DNA from: Flavobacteriales bacterium
GTDB taxonomy: Bacteria > Bacteroidota > Bacteroidia > Palsa-965
Assembly (NCBI GenBank): GCA_040377305.1
Contig: JBEIPA010000004.1
Location: 186,615-250,614, forward strand
DNA: 64,000 nt
Reading direction: 5' to 3'
Notes under the pieces: generated by a model
The model's input: only the letters and a program-made list of their open reading frames with translations
Databases searched by the model: none
What the model was told of the DNA's origin: nothing
Shown here: positions 9,619 to 20,779 of the stretch, in pieces
Numbering within the stretch: position 1 is the stretch's first letter
Layout of the letters: each line of letters starts with the position of its first letter
Translations under genes and position numbers: made by a program

Positions 9619-12600
9619 CTATTGATTAGTCCGGGGTGGAACAAATTCGATGGTGAATTTACTTCCTTTTTTCGTTTCAAGGGCTATTTTCCCGTTGATT
9701 TGCTCCACGAGCGTGACTACAAGCTGTAATCCGAGCGATTCTGTGTTGCGGAAATCGATGTTTTCGGGCAATCCTTTTCCATTATCGGCTATTACGATTA
9801 TTAGCGTTTCTCCCGAAGTCTTAACCACTACATCGAGTCTTCCCGCTTCTTTTCCTTTGAACGCATACTTGAGCGCATTTGAAATGAGCTCGTTGATGAT
9901 GAGTCCGCATGGAATTGCCGTATCGAGATTGAGCTGGATACTTTCGAGATCCATGTTCAGCTGCGGAGGATTATCCGGGTTAGAGTACGAATGCACCAGG
10001 TTGCTGCAGATGTTCTCCACGTACGAAGAGAAATTGATGTTCGAGAAGTCTTTTGTTTGATATAGGCTCTCATGTACAAATGCCATCGACTTAATCCGGT
10101 TCTGAGATTCGAGCAACAAGTCCAGACTCTTCTTGTCTTTTACGTAGGAAGACTGGAGATTCAGGATAGAAGAAATTACCTGCAGGTTGTTTTTCACCCG
10201 GTGGTGAACTTCCTTCAGGAGCACTTCTTTTTCCTTCAGCGACTGCCGGATATTTTCTTCGGCGCCTTTCTGATCGGTGATATCGTGAGCAATGCAGGAA
10301 ACTTCAATTACGTTATCGCGCTCGTCTTTAATTGGGTTGAGAAAAACTTCCCGCCAATGAGGAACGCCTCGCTTGTTCACATACTCGGTTTCAAACTTGA
10401 TTGTCTCTCCCTTAAACGAGAGATCAATTTTTTCCCTCCAGAACGTATTGTAGCTCTCGGTCGAAACCATGCTTCCCGAAAGGAGGGGCATTCCCACGTA
10501 AGGCTTGATATCGTAATTGTCACGTAGCCATTTCGCCTGGTTGTTGTTGAATGAAACCAATTGATAGTTGTGGTCCATCGTCCAGATCATGTGCGAACTA
10601 CTCTCGAATACTGCACTGAGCTTCGCGGCCTGCAAACGGATTTGTTCTTCCGCCCTGCGCTTCGGCGTTATGTCCTCATAGACATACACAAAGTGCAAGG
10701 GTTGTCCTGCGGGATCCTTCACCAGTGAAATCGTGATATTCAGAATTACTTCACGTCCTGCTTTATCGCGATAACGTTGCTCATCGAATACGCGTTCAAA
10801 TCCGCGCTTGATGAATTCTTTACCTGACGGCAAATGAGAAAGGTCTCCTTTGAGGCGAAGTTCCTGTACGGTCATTCGCTGGAGGTCTTCCATTTCGTAA
10901 CCGAGAATGTCACACAAGCGCTGGTTGACTTCGATGAACTTTCCGTTGTCTTTGTCGACCAGTGCAATTCCGATGTAAGCCTGCGAATAAATCGCGCGGT
11001 ATTTTTCTTCGGAAAGACGCAATTCTGTTTCGGCATTTTTGATCGCAGAAATATCCCGCGATACGCCCATGGAACCAATGATATTTCCGTCCTGATCTTT
11101 CAGAATACTCGCGGAAAGAAATGCGGTGAATGATGTTCCGTTTTTCCGCTTGTTCACTACTTCGCCGGAAAAGAAACCATCCTGAATCATGAGCATTTCC
11201 ATCACTTTCATTCGCTCCTCCGGAACCTGATAAAGCATGGTGACGTGTTTGCCGATCACTTCATCGCGCGTATATCCGAAAGTTTGTGCTGCTGCCTTGT
11301 TGAATTCTGTGATGAGTCCAGAGGGATCGGAAGCACAGATCATATCGAGTGATGAGTCAACGAGCATTCGAAGATTTTTTTGCGCTGCGTTGAGCTCGCG
11401 CTCCATTGCAATTCGCTCTTCGATTTCGCGCTGGAGTTTTCGGTTAGTTTCTTCGACGAGTTGCAAGCGCAACTGCTCCGTTTCAAGTAATCGCTCTGCT
11501 GTTATATCGCGGAGAAATATTAATAGACTTTCTTCTCCCTGATATTGGTATTTCGCCGGACGCGATTCCATTTCTATCACTTCGCCTTTGGTATTCACAA
11601 GCTGAATGATTTCGAACGGCGCGTATTGTCCCTGCTTCACTTGTTGCACGCGTTGTGAAGAACGAGCCTGTTGCTCCGGAGTAAGGAACTTCATGATGTT
11701 CTGACCAACGATCTCCGATTCCTGCTCTATTCGGGTTATGCGAAGAACAGCAGGATTGATGAATACAATTTTTCCGGCATGATCGGCAATTACGATTCCT
11801 TCCGGATGTTGTTCTACAAGCGACCGATAACTTTCACGACTATCGATCAGCGCGTTCTCGGCGTGTTTACGTTGTGTGATATCGCGCGAAATTCCTTCGA
11901 TGCCCACCACTTTTCCTTCTGCATCAAAGACCGGACGATTACTGGTCTCTGTCCACACCTCTGTTCCGTCTTTCCTGAGTGATCGAAACACCAGTGGTGG
12001 TGCTTCCGGAGAAAATACTTTCGGCGAGTTCTGCATCATGAGCGCAGAAGCCGCTGCCATCTTTTCTTTATCGTCGGGATGACACACTTTGAAGCCGAGT
12101 CCTGCGTCGGCGTAATACTCTTCCTGCGTGTATCCGGTAATTTTTTCTACCGACGGGCTGATGAATTCGTATCTCGGTGCGGGATAAAATGTGAGCTTAT
12201 AAATAATGTCATTTGCGTTCTGAGCAAGTAATCGGAACCGTTCTTCACTATGCAATAGCTGAGTTCTGTTATGAACTTGTTCGGTGATGTCTCGTGCAAT
12301 GCCAATAACTTCTGTCTGATTTCCGTCCTTATCGAACGTAGGAACCACGCGTTCTTCAATCCAGATAAAAGAGTCCGTTTGCTTTTTGAAATAACGATAC
12401 AGAAAAGTTCCGGCTTGCTTTGCCTTGCGAAGAGCTTCGGCTTTTTCCTTAACACCGATGATGTCTTCCGGGTGACAGTTATTCATGAACATGTTCTGTC
12501 CCGTGGTAAACTCCTCGCGTGTGATGCCGAATATTTTTTCGATGTTGCTTCCCACAAATCGAATGCGTTCTTTCTCCGGCTTCGTTAAGTCAATGTGGTA

Positions 12601-12768
12601 AACAACTTCGTCGAGTGAATTCAAAACTCCTTCGAGCGAACTATGCCCGTTCCCGGAAAGTCCATTGCCATTTACCGCAGCGTTCAGCTTCGCGATTTCA
12701 TTCAGCAATTCATCTTTAGTAAGCTTTGAATATTCGCTGAGATCCTTTTTTGTGATTTCCTTTTTCAC
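9619..12768 (-). CDS. Soluble multi-PAS sensor histidine kinase (HisKA_2 type)
   Basis: Repeated PAS/PAC units ending in DIT; EVHHRVKNNLQ H-box; NELISNALKYAF and DNGKG boxes; no TM segment. Confidence 0.95.
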   Translation of the reverse strand: MKKEITKKDLSEYSKLTKDELLNEIAKLNAAVNGNGLSGNGHSSLEGVLNSLDEVVYHIDLTKPEKERIRFVGSNIEKIFGITREEFTTGQNMFMNNCHPEDIIGVKEKAEALRKAKQAGTFLYRYFKKQTDSFIWIEERVVPTFDKDGNQTEVIGIARDITEQVHNRTQLLHSEERFRLLAQNANDIIYKLTFYPAPRYEFISPSVEKITGYTQEEYYADAGLGFKVCHPDDKEKMAAASALMMQNSPKVFSPEAPPLVFRSLRKDGTEVWTETSNRPVFDAEGKVVGIEGISRDITQRKHAENALIDSRESYRSLVEQHPEGIVIADHAGKIVFINPAVLRITRIEQESEIVGQNIMKFLTPEQQARSSQRVQQVKQGQYAPFEIIQLVNTKGEVIEMESRPAKYQYQGEESLLIFLRDITAERLLETEQLRLQLVEETNRKLQREIEERIAMERELNAAQKNLRMLVDSSLDMICASDPSGLITEFNKAAAQTFGYTRDEVIGKHVTMLYQVPEERMKVMEMLMIQDGFFSGEVVNKRKNGTSFTAFLSASILKDQDGNIIGSMGVSRDISAIKNAETELRLSEEKYRAIYSQAYIGIALVDKDNGKFIEVNQRLCDILGYEMEDLQRMTVQELRLKGDLSHLPSGKEFIKRGFERVFDEQRYRDKAGREVILNITISLVKDPAGQPLHFVYVYEDITPKRRAEEQIRLQAAKLSAVFESSSHMIWTMDHNYQLVSFNNNQAKWLRDNYDIKPYVGMPLLSGSMVSTESYNTFWREKIDLSFKGETIKFETEYVNKRGVPHWREVFLNPIKDERDNVIEVSCIAHDITDQKGAEENIRQSLKEKEVLLKEVHHRVKNNLQVISSILNLQSSYVKDKKSLDLLLESQNRIKSMAFVHESLYQTKDFSNINFSSYVENICSNLVHSYSNPDNPPQLNMDLESIQLNLDTAIPCGLIINELISNALKYAFKGKEAGRLDVVVKTSGETLIIVIADNGKGLPENIDFRNTESLGLQLVVTLVEQINGKIALETKKGSKFTIEFVPPRTNQ

Positions 12769-14318
12769 CTTGGATCCGGATCTTCGAGTTTGATTTTTAC
12801 TCCGTCAAACTTCGTCTCAACTCCATCTTTGTAAGTAATCGTTAACAGCAGAACGCCGTCTTCTTCCTGATAATATTTCCAGTCTCCTTCTTTACGCCCG
12901 TAAATGTATTTTCCCTTTTGCCACGTCTTGCCGGTGTTGTACCAGTATATATGATCGCCGTCGGGCTGACCATTAATAAAGCTACCCTGGAAGCGAGGCT
13001 TACCTGTTGTGGTGTACGTATGTTTCCACTCGCCTTGTCTTTCTCCGGCAACGTAATTTCCTTCTTCGCGATAATCTGCAATCTGGAAAAACCAGAATCC
13101 TTCTTTCAGCCCGTCGATGTATTCTCCTTGAGTAATGACAAGTCCTGTCTCATCATATTCAACAAGAGTGCCGTTTCTTACACCGTCGGTGTATTGTTCC
13201 TCGCGAAGCAACTGTTTGTTCTCGTAATACCAGCGCCAGGTTCCAACAGGACGACCGCGTGAATCATATTTTCCTTTCTGATCTGTTGCTCCATCGGGAT
13301 AGAAAAACTGCCAGTCGCCAACACGAACGCCGTCCTTGTAGTCGCCTTCTGCTTTTAATTCTCCCGTGTCATGAAATTCTTTCCAATGACCCTGCTCTTT
13401 TCCGCCGGTATCATAAATTCCTGTGCCAACGAGTATGCCGTCTTTATAAACTTCAGCACCCGAAATTTTTCCAAGTGTGTCGTACTGACGAAATACACCT
13501 TCCGGAAATCCATCTTTGTAATTGCCAACTTCTTTTACGCGACCGTTTTCGTAATATGAAGTCACTGTTTCAATCTTCGCGAGCTCCGGAGGATTCTCAA
13601 CAAGCACTCCATTCTCCCACTTGGCAGCATTGAGTAGATTTCCTACTTCATTATATTCTTTGAAGTACCCATGCTTCTTATCATTCACATAACGGCCTTC
13701 CGACTTCACTTTTCCGTTCGGCCAGAATTCTTTGTGTAGTCCTTGCTTCAATCCATTTGCATCACGACGATTAATTCGGTCTGTGCTTTGAGTGAAGCCT
13801 GCTTTATAAGTTGTAATAGCGATGATCGTTCCGGTGGAGTCATATTCGTAACCTATACCATCTTCCCGCCCTTCCTTGAACGGAATTGACTTCTGTACTT
13901 TTCCGTTCGGATGATACTCGTACGAAAGACCATGCTTGATATTGGATGTGAAAGTTTCTTCGGTAATTAGTTTTCCGTCTTTATCATACGTCTTTAACGG
14001 TCCGTCTTTCTTTCCTTCTTTGTACGTGTACTCGAGCGTGAGTTTACCGGCTTCACTATAAAATTTCCAGGTTGAATCGAGCTGGAAGTTTTTTCTGTTC
14101 CCTTCCGATTTTATTTTCCCGTTTGTGTGATAGGTTTTCCAATATCCATCCGGCTTTCCTTCACGCAAAGGACCTTCACTGGAAATCTTTCCATTCTCAT
14201 AGAAATACTTCGTGTACACAGAAGTGTCTTCGGGAGAAGCAAAGAGCGTGCTTGTCCAAAGGAACATACCTGCGAACACTAACTGCCAGGAAAGTTTACG
14301 GTTATTCAATCTCATCAA
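12765..14318 (-). CDS. Exported MORN-variant repeat protein (YwqK-like)
   Basis: Signal peptide plus many GxWKxYxxxGxxxxEGxYxxG repeats. Confidence 0.9.
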   Translation of the reverse strand: MMRLNNRKLSWQLVFAGMFLWTSTLFASPEDTSVYTKYFYENGKISSEGPLREGKPDGYWKTYHTNGKIKSEGNRKNFQLDSTWKFYSEAGKLTLEYTYKEGKKDGPLKTYDKDGKLITEETFTSNIKHGLSYEYHPNGKVQKSIPFKEGREDGIGYEYDSTGTIIAITTYKAGFTQSTDRINRRDANGLKQGLHKEFWPNGKVKSEGRYVNDKKHGYFKEYNEVGNLLNAAKWENGVLVENPPELAKIETVTSYYENGRVKEVGNYKDGFPEGVFRQYDTLGKISGAEVYKDGILVGTGIYDTGGKEQGHWKEFHDTGELKAEGDYKDGVRVGDWQFFYPDGATDQKGKYDSRGRPVGTWRWYYENKQLLREEQYTDGVRNGTLVEYDETGLVITQGEYIDGLKEGFWFFQIADYREEGNYVAGERQGEWKHTYTTTGKPRFQGSFINGQPDGDHIYWYNTGKTWQKGKYIYGRKEGDWKYYQEEDGVLLLTITYKDGVETKFDGVKIKLEDPDPR

Positions 14319-14326
14319 AAACGCTA

Positions 14327-15316
14327 TTACATTCCAAACGAAGCAGACATTTCAAGCATACGCCTGATTGGCTTTTCTGCTGCTGCCCGAAGCGATTCCG
14401 GTAGTATGATTTCCGGCGTTTCGTGCTTCAAACAAATATACAGTTTTTCGAGGGTATTTAACTTCATGTGCGGACAGTCGTTACAAGCACAATTATTGTT
14501 GGGCGGAGCAGGAATAAATGTCTTTGCCGGCGATTCTTTCTGCATTTGATGAAGGATCCCGGTTTCAGTTCCAACTATGAATTCTGTTGCAGCATCTTTC
14601 TTAGAAAAGTTTAACAGTGCTGTTGTGGACCCAATGAAATCGGCCAATGCTAAAACCGGTTCTTCACATTCCGGATGCGCAATAAATTTTGCCTTTGGAT
14701 GCTGCGCTTTTAACCGTGTAATGCGTTCGAGAGAAAATATTTCATGCACCATGCACGAACCATTCCAAAGCAACATTTCTCTTCCTGTTTGCTGACTTAC
14801 GTAACGACCAAGATTTTTGTCGGGAGCGAAAATAATCTTCTGGTCTTTCGGTAAACTTTCTACAATTTTCACTGCATTGCTCGAGGTGCAGATTATATCA
14901 CTGAGCGCTTTGATATCTGCGGTGCAGTTGATGTAAGAAATCACAATGTGATCGGGATTTGCTGCACGGAATTTTGCGAATTCATCTGCCGGACAGGAAT
15001 CGGCAAGTGAACATCCGGCTTTCAGATCCGGTAATAAAACTTTCTTAGCCGGGTTGAGAATCTTAGCTGTTTCTGCCATGAAGTGCACTCCGGCAAAAAC
15101 AATAATATCTGCGCTGGTAGCAGCTGCTTTCTGTGCCAGGCCAAGACTGTCGCCAATGTAATCAGCAACATCCTGAATATCTCCGTCCTGGTAATAGTGG
15201 GCAAGTAGAACTGCATTTTTTTCGCGCTTGAGTTTTTTTAACTCTGCAAACATATCCAGAGTTGGATCAACTTTTACATCCAGGTATCCTCGCTCTAAAA
15301 CCTCTTTATTAATCAT
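14327..15316 (-). CDS. nadA: Quinolinate synthase A
   Basis: [33 protein letters not shown] and CPHMK motifs. Confidence 0.97.
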   Translation of the reverse strand: MINKEVLERGYLDVKVDPTLDMFAELKKLKREKNAVLLAHYYQDGDIQDVADYIGDSLGLAQKAAATSADIIVFAGVHFMAETAKILNPAKKVLLPDLKAGCSLADSCPADEFAKFRAANPDHIVISYINCTADIKALSDIICTSSNAVKIVESLPKDQKIIFAPDKNLGRYVSQQTGREMLLWNGSCMVHEIFSLERITRLKAQHPKAKFIAHPECEEPVLALADFIGSTTALLNFSKKDAATEFIVGTETGILHQMQKESPAKTFIPAPPNNNCACNDCPHMKLNTLEKLYICLKHETPEIILPESLRAAAEKPIRRMLEMSASFGM

Positions 15317-15817
15317 ATATCTTTCTTTTAAAAGAATCTACTACTACTACTAGCTTGTTAGTTCTGTGTAGAAATCGTTCCACATTATTTAGGTTTCTTC
15401 ACTTATGACCAGCTACTAACATGTTATTGACATACAGGTTGTCTTAAATGCTTTGATTGCCATACTTCTAAAGAAACAGTTAACAGCGTGTTAGTAACGC
15501 TATCAACCGCCAAATGTGTGTAATTGATATGCACAAAGGTCGGTATCTTTCACTGTATTTCTTCTCGCTTAGTGTTTTTCAACATCTATTGCATATTCCG
15601 ATTAATTCCACATACGGCACAGTTATTGAGACCACCAAAGATTTCTTCGCTAATGTTATCAACTGATTATATAGTTATGCACGTATCGTATGTGAATAAC
15701 GCAGGTTCTAAGTAGCTCACTTTCAGCACTGATACTTGTCAGCAACTTACCGATTGTTGGCCGACAATGACTATCGAATGCATTTGCCCTTAACTTTGAA
15801 GCTCATCACACCACAAA
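15317..15817. other. Candidate chromosomal replication origin (oriC)
   Basis: 500-bp AT-rich intergenic region between divergent genes; (CTA)5 at 15338-15352 beside an AT-rich tract; consensus DnaA box TGTGAATAA at 15691-15699 plus about ten degenerate boxes. Confidence 0.7.
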
Positions 15818-16252
15818 ATGGCATACAAAATCTCCATCGGCGCCGATCATGCAGGCTATAAACTAAAAGATACGATTAAAAAGCACCTCGAAAGTGCCGG
15901 TCACTCGGTTACTGATTATGGCACACATACGGCCGATAGCGTAGACTATCCGGACTTTGCACATCTGGTGGCAAACGATGTCGAAGGAGGGAAGGCGGAC
16001 TTTGGTGTTCTTATCTGTGGCTCGGCAAACGGCATAAGCATGGCAGCAAATAAGCACGCCGGAATACGCGCCGCTATCTGTTGGAAACCAGAAATTGCTT
16101 CTCTGGCTCGCCAACATAACAATGCAAATATTTTGTCGCTTCCGGCGCGATTCATCAGCGAAGAAGACGCAAAAGCTTGCGCAGATGTATTCTTCTCTAC
16201 CGAATTCGAAGGTGGTCACCACGCCAATCGTGTAGCGAAGATTTCCTGTTAG
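15818..16252 (+). CDS. rpiB: Ribose-5-phosphate isomerase B
   Basis: GADHAG, DYPD, CGSANG and ARQHNNAN motifs; TAACTTTG element at 15791-15798. Confidence 0.96.
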   Translation: MAYKISIGADHAGYKLKDTIKKHLESAGHSVTDYGTHTADSVDYPDFAHLVANDVEGGKADFGVLICGSANGISMAANKHAGIRAAICWKPEIASLARQHNNANILSLPARFISEEDAKACADVFFSTEFEGGHHANRVAKISC

Positions 16253-16336
16253 TGGCTCTTTTTCACGATGTGCGTGTGTATAAGTCCGCTGCTCATATAC
16301 ACTGAACACACATTGCCGTAACCTTATCTTTGTGTA

Positions 16337-17935
16337 GTGATGAAAAAGCAACACACAATCCTTCTTCTTGCTGCTACTGCGCTGATTTTTTCTGCGGCAA
16401 TGAAAAAAGGTGGACCCAACCCCACCAAATACGCAGAGTCGATAACAGCGAACGATCTTCGGACACACCTCTCCATTCTGGCTTCTGATGAATATGAAGG
16501 ACGGGAAACGGGAGAAAGAGGACAGAAGATGGCTGGAGAATACATCTCAAAGTTCTTCAGTACAATCGGAGTTCCTGCACAAAAAGACGGCAGCTGGTAC
16601 CAGGAAGTGAAGCTGGTGAAAATCTCAGGTGGAACATCATCCTTCGAGATTGTGAATAACGGAACCAGTACAAAGTTCAGTAACCAGACTGACTATTATT
16701 ATGCAGCATCCACCCCAGGTGTATCGATCACGGCGAACGAATTAGTTTTTGCCGGATTCGGGATTGACGACGAGAAATATTCCGACTACAAGCTTCATGA
16801 TTCCTCATATTACAACGGGAAGGTTGTAGTGATCCTCGACGGAGAACCTCAGAACGGCGGAGTGTTCACAATTACAGGAGAAACAAAGCCAGGCAAATGG
16901 ACAAAACAGCGCCGCTCCAAACTGGAAGCAGCAAAGAAGTACAAGGCGCGCGCTGTCATTATAGTGCCACTGGATTTTGCAAAGAGCAAGGAAATGGCTC
17001 AGCACTCCATTGACGGTTACTCGCTTCTGCTCGATGAGCCCGGAGCTGGCGCAGATCCTAATCCGCCGGTGTTTTATGTGAGTGAAGCAGCGTTGAATAC
17101 CATTCTTGCTTCTGCAGGAGAGAAACAAACGATTGCGGACCTGAAGAGCGGAATTAATTCTACGGGCAAACCTGTTGGTCTTTCCATTAAAACTACGGCG
17201 TCGATTCAGGTCACGCGCAACGAAGAAAAGATCATTACCGAAAACGTTCTAGGATTTGTAGAAGGAAGCGACCTGAAAGATGAAGTGATAGTGATAACAG
17301 CGCACTACGATCACCTTGGAAAACACGATGGTGTTGTGTTCAATGGTGCAGACGACGATGGGACAGGAACCGTGGCCGTGATGGAACTTGCCGAAGCATT
17401 CATGAAAGCAAAGCAAGACGGATTTGGTCCGCGCCGCAGCATGTTGTTCATGGCGGTGAGCGGAGAAGAAAAAGGTCTTCTCGGCTCAGCATGGTATGTA
17501 CATCATCCGGTTTACCCGCTGGAGAAAACAATGTGTGATCTGAACATTGACATGATTGGTCGCGTCGACGAAGAACACTCTGCAGACAGCAACTTTATTT
17601 ATGTGATTGGATCCGATAAAATTGCTCCTGATCTGAAGAAATGCATTGAAGCGCAGAACAAAAAGTACACGAATCTTAAGCTCGATTATCGCTTTGACGA
17701 CGAGAAAGATCCGAATATGTTCTACTATCGTTCCGATCACTACAACTTCGCGAAGAATGGAATTCCGGTTGCGTTTTTCTTCAACGGAACGCATGCAGAT
17801 TATCACAAGGAAACCGACGAAGTTTCGAAGATCAACTATAGCCTGATGCAGAAACGCACACGACTGGTGTTCTACACGGCGTGGGATTTGGCGAACAGAA
17901 ATAAAACACTCGCCCGCAAGGCAGTTAAGAAATAA
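16337..17935 (+). CDS. M28-family metallopeptidase with PA domain, exported
   Basis: AHYDHLG, GADDDGTG, GEEKGLLGS, NIDMIG, RSDH and DYH motifs. Confidence 0.93.
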   Translation: MMKKQHTILLLAATALIFSAAMKKGGPNPTKYAESITANDLRTHLSILASDEYEGRETGERGQKMAGEYISKFFSTIGVPAQKDGSWYQEVKLVKISGGTSSFEIVNNGTSTKFSNQTDYYYAASTPGVSITANELVFAGFGIDDEKYSDYKLHDSSYYNGKVVVILDGEPQNGGVFTITGETKPGKWTKQRRSKLEAAKKYKARAVIIVPLDFAKSKEMAQHSIDGYSLLLDEPGAGADPNPPVFYVSEAALNTILASAGEKQTIADLKSGINSTGKPVGLSIKTTASIQVTRNEEKIITENVLGFVEGSDLKDEVIVITAHYDHLGKHDGVVFNGADDDGTGTVAVMELAEAFMKAKQDGFGPRRSMLFMAVSGEEKGLLGSAWYVHHPVYPLEKTMCDLNIDMIGRVDEEHSADSNFIYVIGSDKIAPDLKKCIEAQNKKYTNLKLDYRFDDEKDPNMFYYRSDHYNFAKNGIPVAFFFNGTHADYHKETDEVSKINYSLMQKRTRLVFYTAWDLANRNKTLARKAVKK

Positions 17936-17937
17936 GC

Positions 17938-19320
17938 ATGGCCGATTTACTCCAGCAGTTCATTGCCGATTCAGAAAAGAAAGTTGCCGATAAAAATCAT
18001 CGCGCAACTGTGCAATTCAATATCGGAAAGTACAATGCAGCTGTTGTAGGCGGTAAAGAACAATACGCGCGACTGGACCTCGCCCGTTCGCGCGCGGCAG
18101 GATTGCGCAGCCGTGTGATTGAGAATCTCGACAAGTATCTGATTGAATTCGAAACAAACTTTCTGAAGCGGGGTGGAAAAGTAATTTGGGCGCAAGACGC
18201 AGAAGAAGCGAACAAAGAAATTCTCGCTCTACTGAAAGCCAAAGGTATTTCGGAGGTGGTGAAATCGAAATCGATGATCACTGAAGAGATTCATCTCAAT
18301 GCAGCACTGAAGAAGGAAGGAATTAATAGTGTCGAAACGGATCTCGGAGAATTTATACAGCAAACCGACGGAGAAGCGCCCTATCATATTGTAACGCCCG
18401 CGATGCACAAGTCGAAGGAGGACGTAGCGCGGTTATATGCAACGAAGCTAGGCGCACCTGCGGATATGTCGCCCGAGGAAGTTACCGGGTGGACACGCAA
18501 ACACCTGCGCGCTAAATTCAAAAAAGCAGGAGCGGGAATTACCGGAGCGAATTTTCTGGTAGCAGAAACCGGGTCAGTTGCTCTGACAGAGAACGAAGGT
18601 AACGCCTGGATGTCTATCGCAGGTCCGAAGCTTCACATTGTAGTTGCGGGGATCGAGAAGATCATTCCATCGCTTACTGATCTCGATATTTTCTGGCCAC
18701 TGCTTGCCACATTCGGCACCGGACAGAAAATCACGGCATACAACAGTATTGTTTCGGGTCCACGCAACAATGGAAGTGACAGCGGTCCCGAAGAAATGGT
18801 GATTGTGCTTGTCGATAATGGCCGTACAAATGTTCTTGCACAAACCGAGCAACGTCGTGCCTTGAGCTGCATTCGTTGTGGGGCGTGTTTAAATGCTTGT
18901 CCGGTTTATGAAGCTGTTGGCGGACACACCTACAATGCAGTTTACAGCGGACCAATTGGCTCCGTGTTGATGCAGCACATGCAACCAGATGCGGGCTTTC
19001 GTCATTTGAGCTACGCTACAACATCTTGCGGAAAATGTACCGAGAGTTGTCCGGTGAATATTGACATTCACAAACTGCTGCTCTATAACCGCAAAGACAA
19101 TGCGGCGAATGCGCCAACCAGCAAAACCGAAAACATGATGTGGTTTTTCTGGAAGGGTGCAATGATGAAGCGCAACAACATGGATAAAGGCGGAGCAAAG
19201 CTCAAGAACTTTATGTTGCGCCAATTCTTTCGCAAGTCATGGGGCGATCAACGTGAGCTTCCCGCCGTAGTCTCTAAGTCGTTCAACCAAATGTGGCGGG
19301 AACGAAAAGGGATTAAGTAG
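17938..19320 (+). CDS. lutB: LutB/LldF-family lactate-utilisation Fe-S protein
   Basis: KSKSM..EEI, ETDLGE, ENEGN and CIRCGACLNACPVY motifs. Confidence 0.9.
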   Translation: MADLLQQFIADSEKKVADKNHRATVQFNIGKYNAAVVGGKEQYARLDLARSRAAGLRSRVIENLDKYLIEFETNFLKRGGKVIWAQDAEEANKEILALLKAKGISEVVKSKSMITEEIHLNAALKKEGINSVETDLGEFIQQTDGEAPYHIVTPAMHKSKEDVARLYATKLGAPADMSPEEVTGWTRKHLRAKFKKAGAGITGANFLVAETGSVALTENEGNAWMSIAGPKLHIVVAGIEKIIPSLTDLDIFWPLLATFGTGQKITAYNSIVSGPRNNGSDSGPEEMVIVLVDNGRTNVLAQTEQRRALSCIRCGACLNACPVYEAVGGHTYNAVYSGPIGSVLMQHMQPDAGFRHLSYATTSCGKCTESCPVNIDIHKLLLYNRKDNAANAPTSKTENMMWFFWKGAMMKRNNMDKGGAKLKNFMLRQFFRKSWGDQRELPAVVSKSFNQMWRERKGIK

Positions 19321-19325
19321 TCGTC

Positions 19326-19943
19326 TTATAAAACATCGAACACTACAAGGAGCGCGAGCACAACTGCGAGCAAGCCCAAGCCGCCGATGTAGCCATATCC
19401 GAAGCCACCAAATAGGAATGTGCCTCCAATTATCCAGCAGATAAGTGTAATCCAGAACATCGACGTTACGCCTTCTTTGAGATAAACAGCAAGAGGCGGA
19501 ATCAGGATTGCAAGAATCACCAGAAGTATAAGCCGGTCGTCTGAAGCCCCGGAAGAAGGCTCACTGTTTCTCTTTGCATGTTTTGCAACCGGCGTCTGCA
19601 TTTGCTCACCTTTTGAATTTGAAACAGACTGCACTTCGTCATTCGCTGGTGCAATCGTGATTACTTCTTCTGGTGCAACTGCGGTTGGATTTTGCTCGCA
19701 GTTGTTGCAGTCAGAAAGTGCCGGAGAAACAGGAGTTGCACTCTGCTGTTCTGCTGGAGCGACTTCGACTGGCACTGTTTTTTCTTCAGACTCAGTGTGC
19801 TTTGCGGTTGCCTGAGGCTTCTGGTTGTTACCGAAGTCAACATACCAGCCTTTATTGTGGTGTCGTTTGTCAATGCGTAACGATGCGCAGGAGGAGAATC
19901 CAACAAGAGCTGCAATCGAGAGAAACAGTAGATATTTTTTCAT
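19326..19943 (-). CDS. Lipoprotein with C-terminal YqaE/Pmp3-like membrane domain
   Basis: Lipobox FSSC after MKKYLLFL (start moved from 19976); ILAILIPPLAVYL motif. Confidence 0.8.
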   Translation of the reverse strand: MKKYLLFLSIAALVGFSSCASLRIDKRHHNKGWYVDFGNNQKPQATAKHTESEEKTVPVEVAPAEQQSATPVSPALSDCNNCEQNPTAVAPEEVITIAPANDEVQSVSNSKGEQMQTPVAKHAKRNSEPSSGASDDRLILLVILAILIPPLAVYLKEGVTSMFWITLICWIIGGTFLFGGFGYGYIGGLGLLAVVLALLVVFDVL

Positions 19944-20068
19944 GTGCAATGGTTTGGTCACTTCAAAGTTCATCAAATCATTTCAATAGCGCTATCAAAT
20001 AAATCTATTATATCAACACAATCGCTGGCGGATGATAGTGTAACTTTGAGATACCTAAAAAAGAACGC

Positions 20069-20590
20069 ATGTTATCTAAAAAAATAGAAGCAGCCCTTAA
20101 CCAACAAGTGGCGCTCGAGGGAAACTCCTCACAATATTATCTCGCAATGGCATCCTGGGCGGAGACGCAAGGGATGGACGGTGTTGCAACTTTTCTGTTC
20201 GGACACTCCGACGAAGAGCGCGCGCATATGCTCAAGCTTTTGCGTTTCATAAACGAGCGTGGCGGACACGCGATCGTTCCGGCACTGGAAGAGCCACCGA
20301 AGAAGTTTAAGTCGGTACAGGCCGCGTTTGAGTTAGTATTATCGCACGAGATTCTGGTGTCTACAGAAATCAACAAGCTCGTGGAGATTTGCCTGAAGGA
20401 GCGCGACTACACCACACACAACTTCTTGCAGTGGTATGTATCGGAACAAATTGAAGAAGAAGCTCTCGCGCGCAAGGTTCTGGACAAGCTCAAGCTCATT
20501 GGCGGAGAAAAAGGCGGACTTTATTTGTTCGACCGCGATCTTTCCAGCATCCGGGCGACAGGTCCCGGCGGAACAAACGCAGCAGAATAA
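20069..20590 (+). CDS. ftnA: Non-heme ferritin
   Basis: YLAMASW, EERAH and FLQWYVSEQIEEE ferroxidase motifs; TAACTTTG element at 20041-20048. Confidence 0.93.
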   Translation: MLSKKIEAALNQQVALEGNSSQYYLAMASWAETQGMDGVATFLFGHSDEERAHMLKLLRFINERGGHAIVPALEEPPKKFKSVQAAFELVLSHEILVSTEINKLVEICLKERDYTTHNFLQWYVSEQIEEEALARKVLDKLKLIGGEKGGLYLFDRDLSSIRATGPGGTNAAE

Positions 20591-20605
20591 TAAATAAGGA
20601 GTTAT

Positions 20606-20648
20606 AAACCCGTCCCGACAGCGAAATTCTGGTCAGGACGGGTTTTTT
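20606..20648 (+). terminator. Intrinsic terminator after ferritin
   Basis: AAACCCGTCC/GGACGGGTTT stem followed by a T run. Confidence 0.8.
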
Positions 20649-20779
20649 CGTGCAAGTAATTAACAATGTGCGCCGATCGGTTAATTACTATTAACAGCTT
20701 TTGGTGTTCTGTTCATAAATGGATGCAACACGCGCAAGGTTAAACGCGTTTTAATTGAGAAATTTGAGAAAGCCCACTT

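Noticed and set aside
12765-14318. Toxin-antitoxin module (YwqK label)
   Set aside because: No toxin partner; exported MORN-repeat protein in a run with nadA and a two-component pair
19985-20022. OxyR-like site upstream of ferritin
   Set aside because: Only a partial match to the ATAG-N7-CTAT periodic motif in AT-rich DNA
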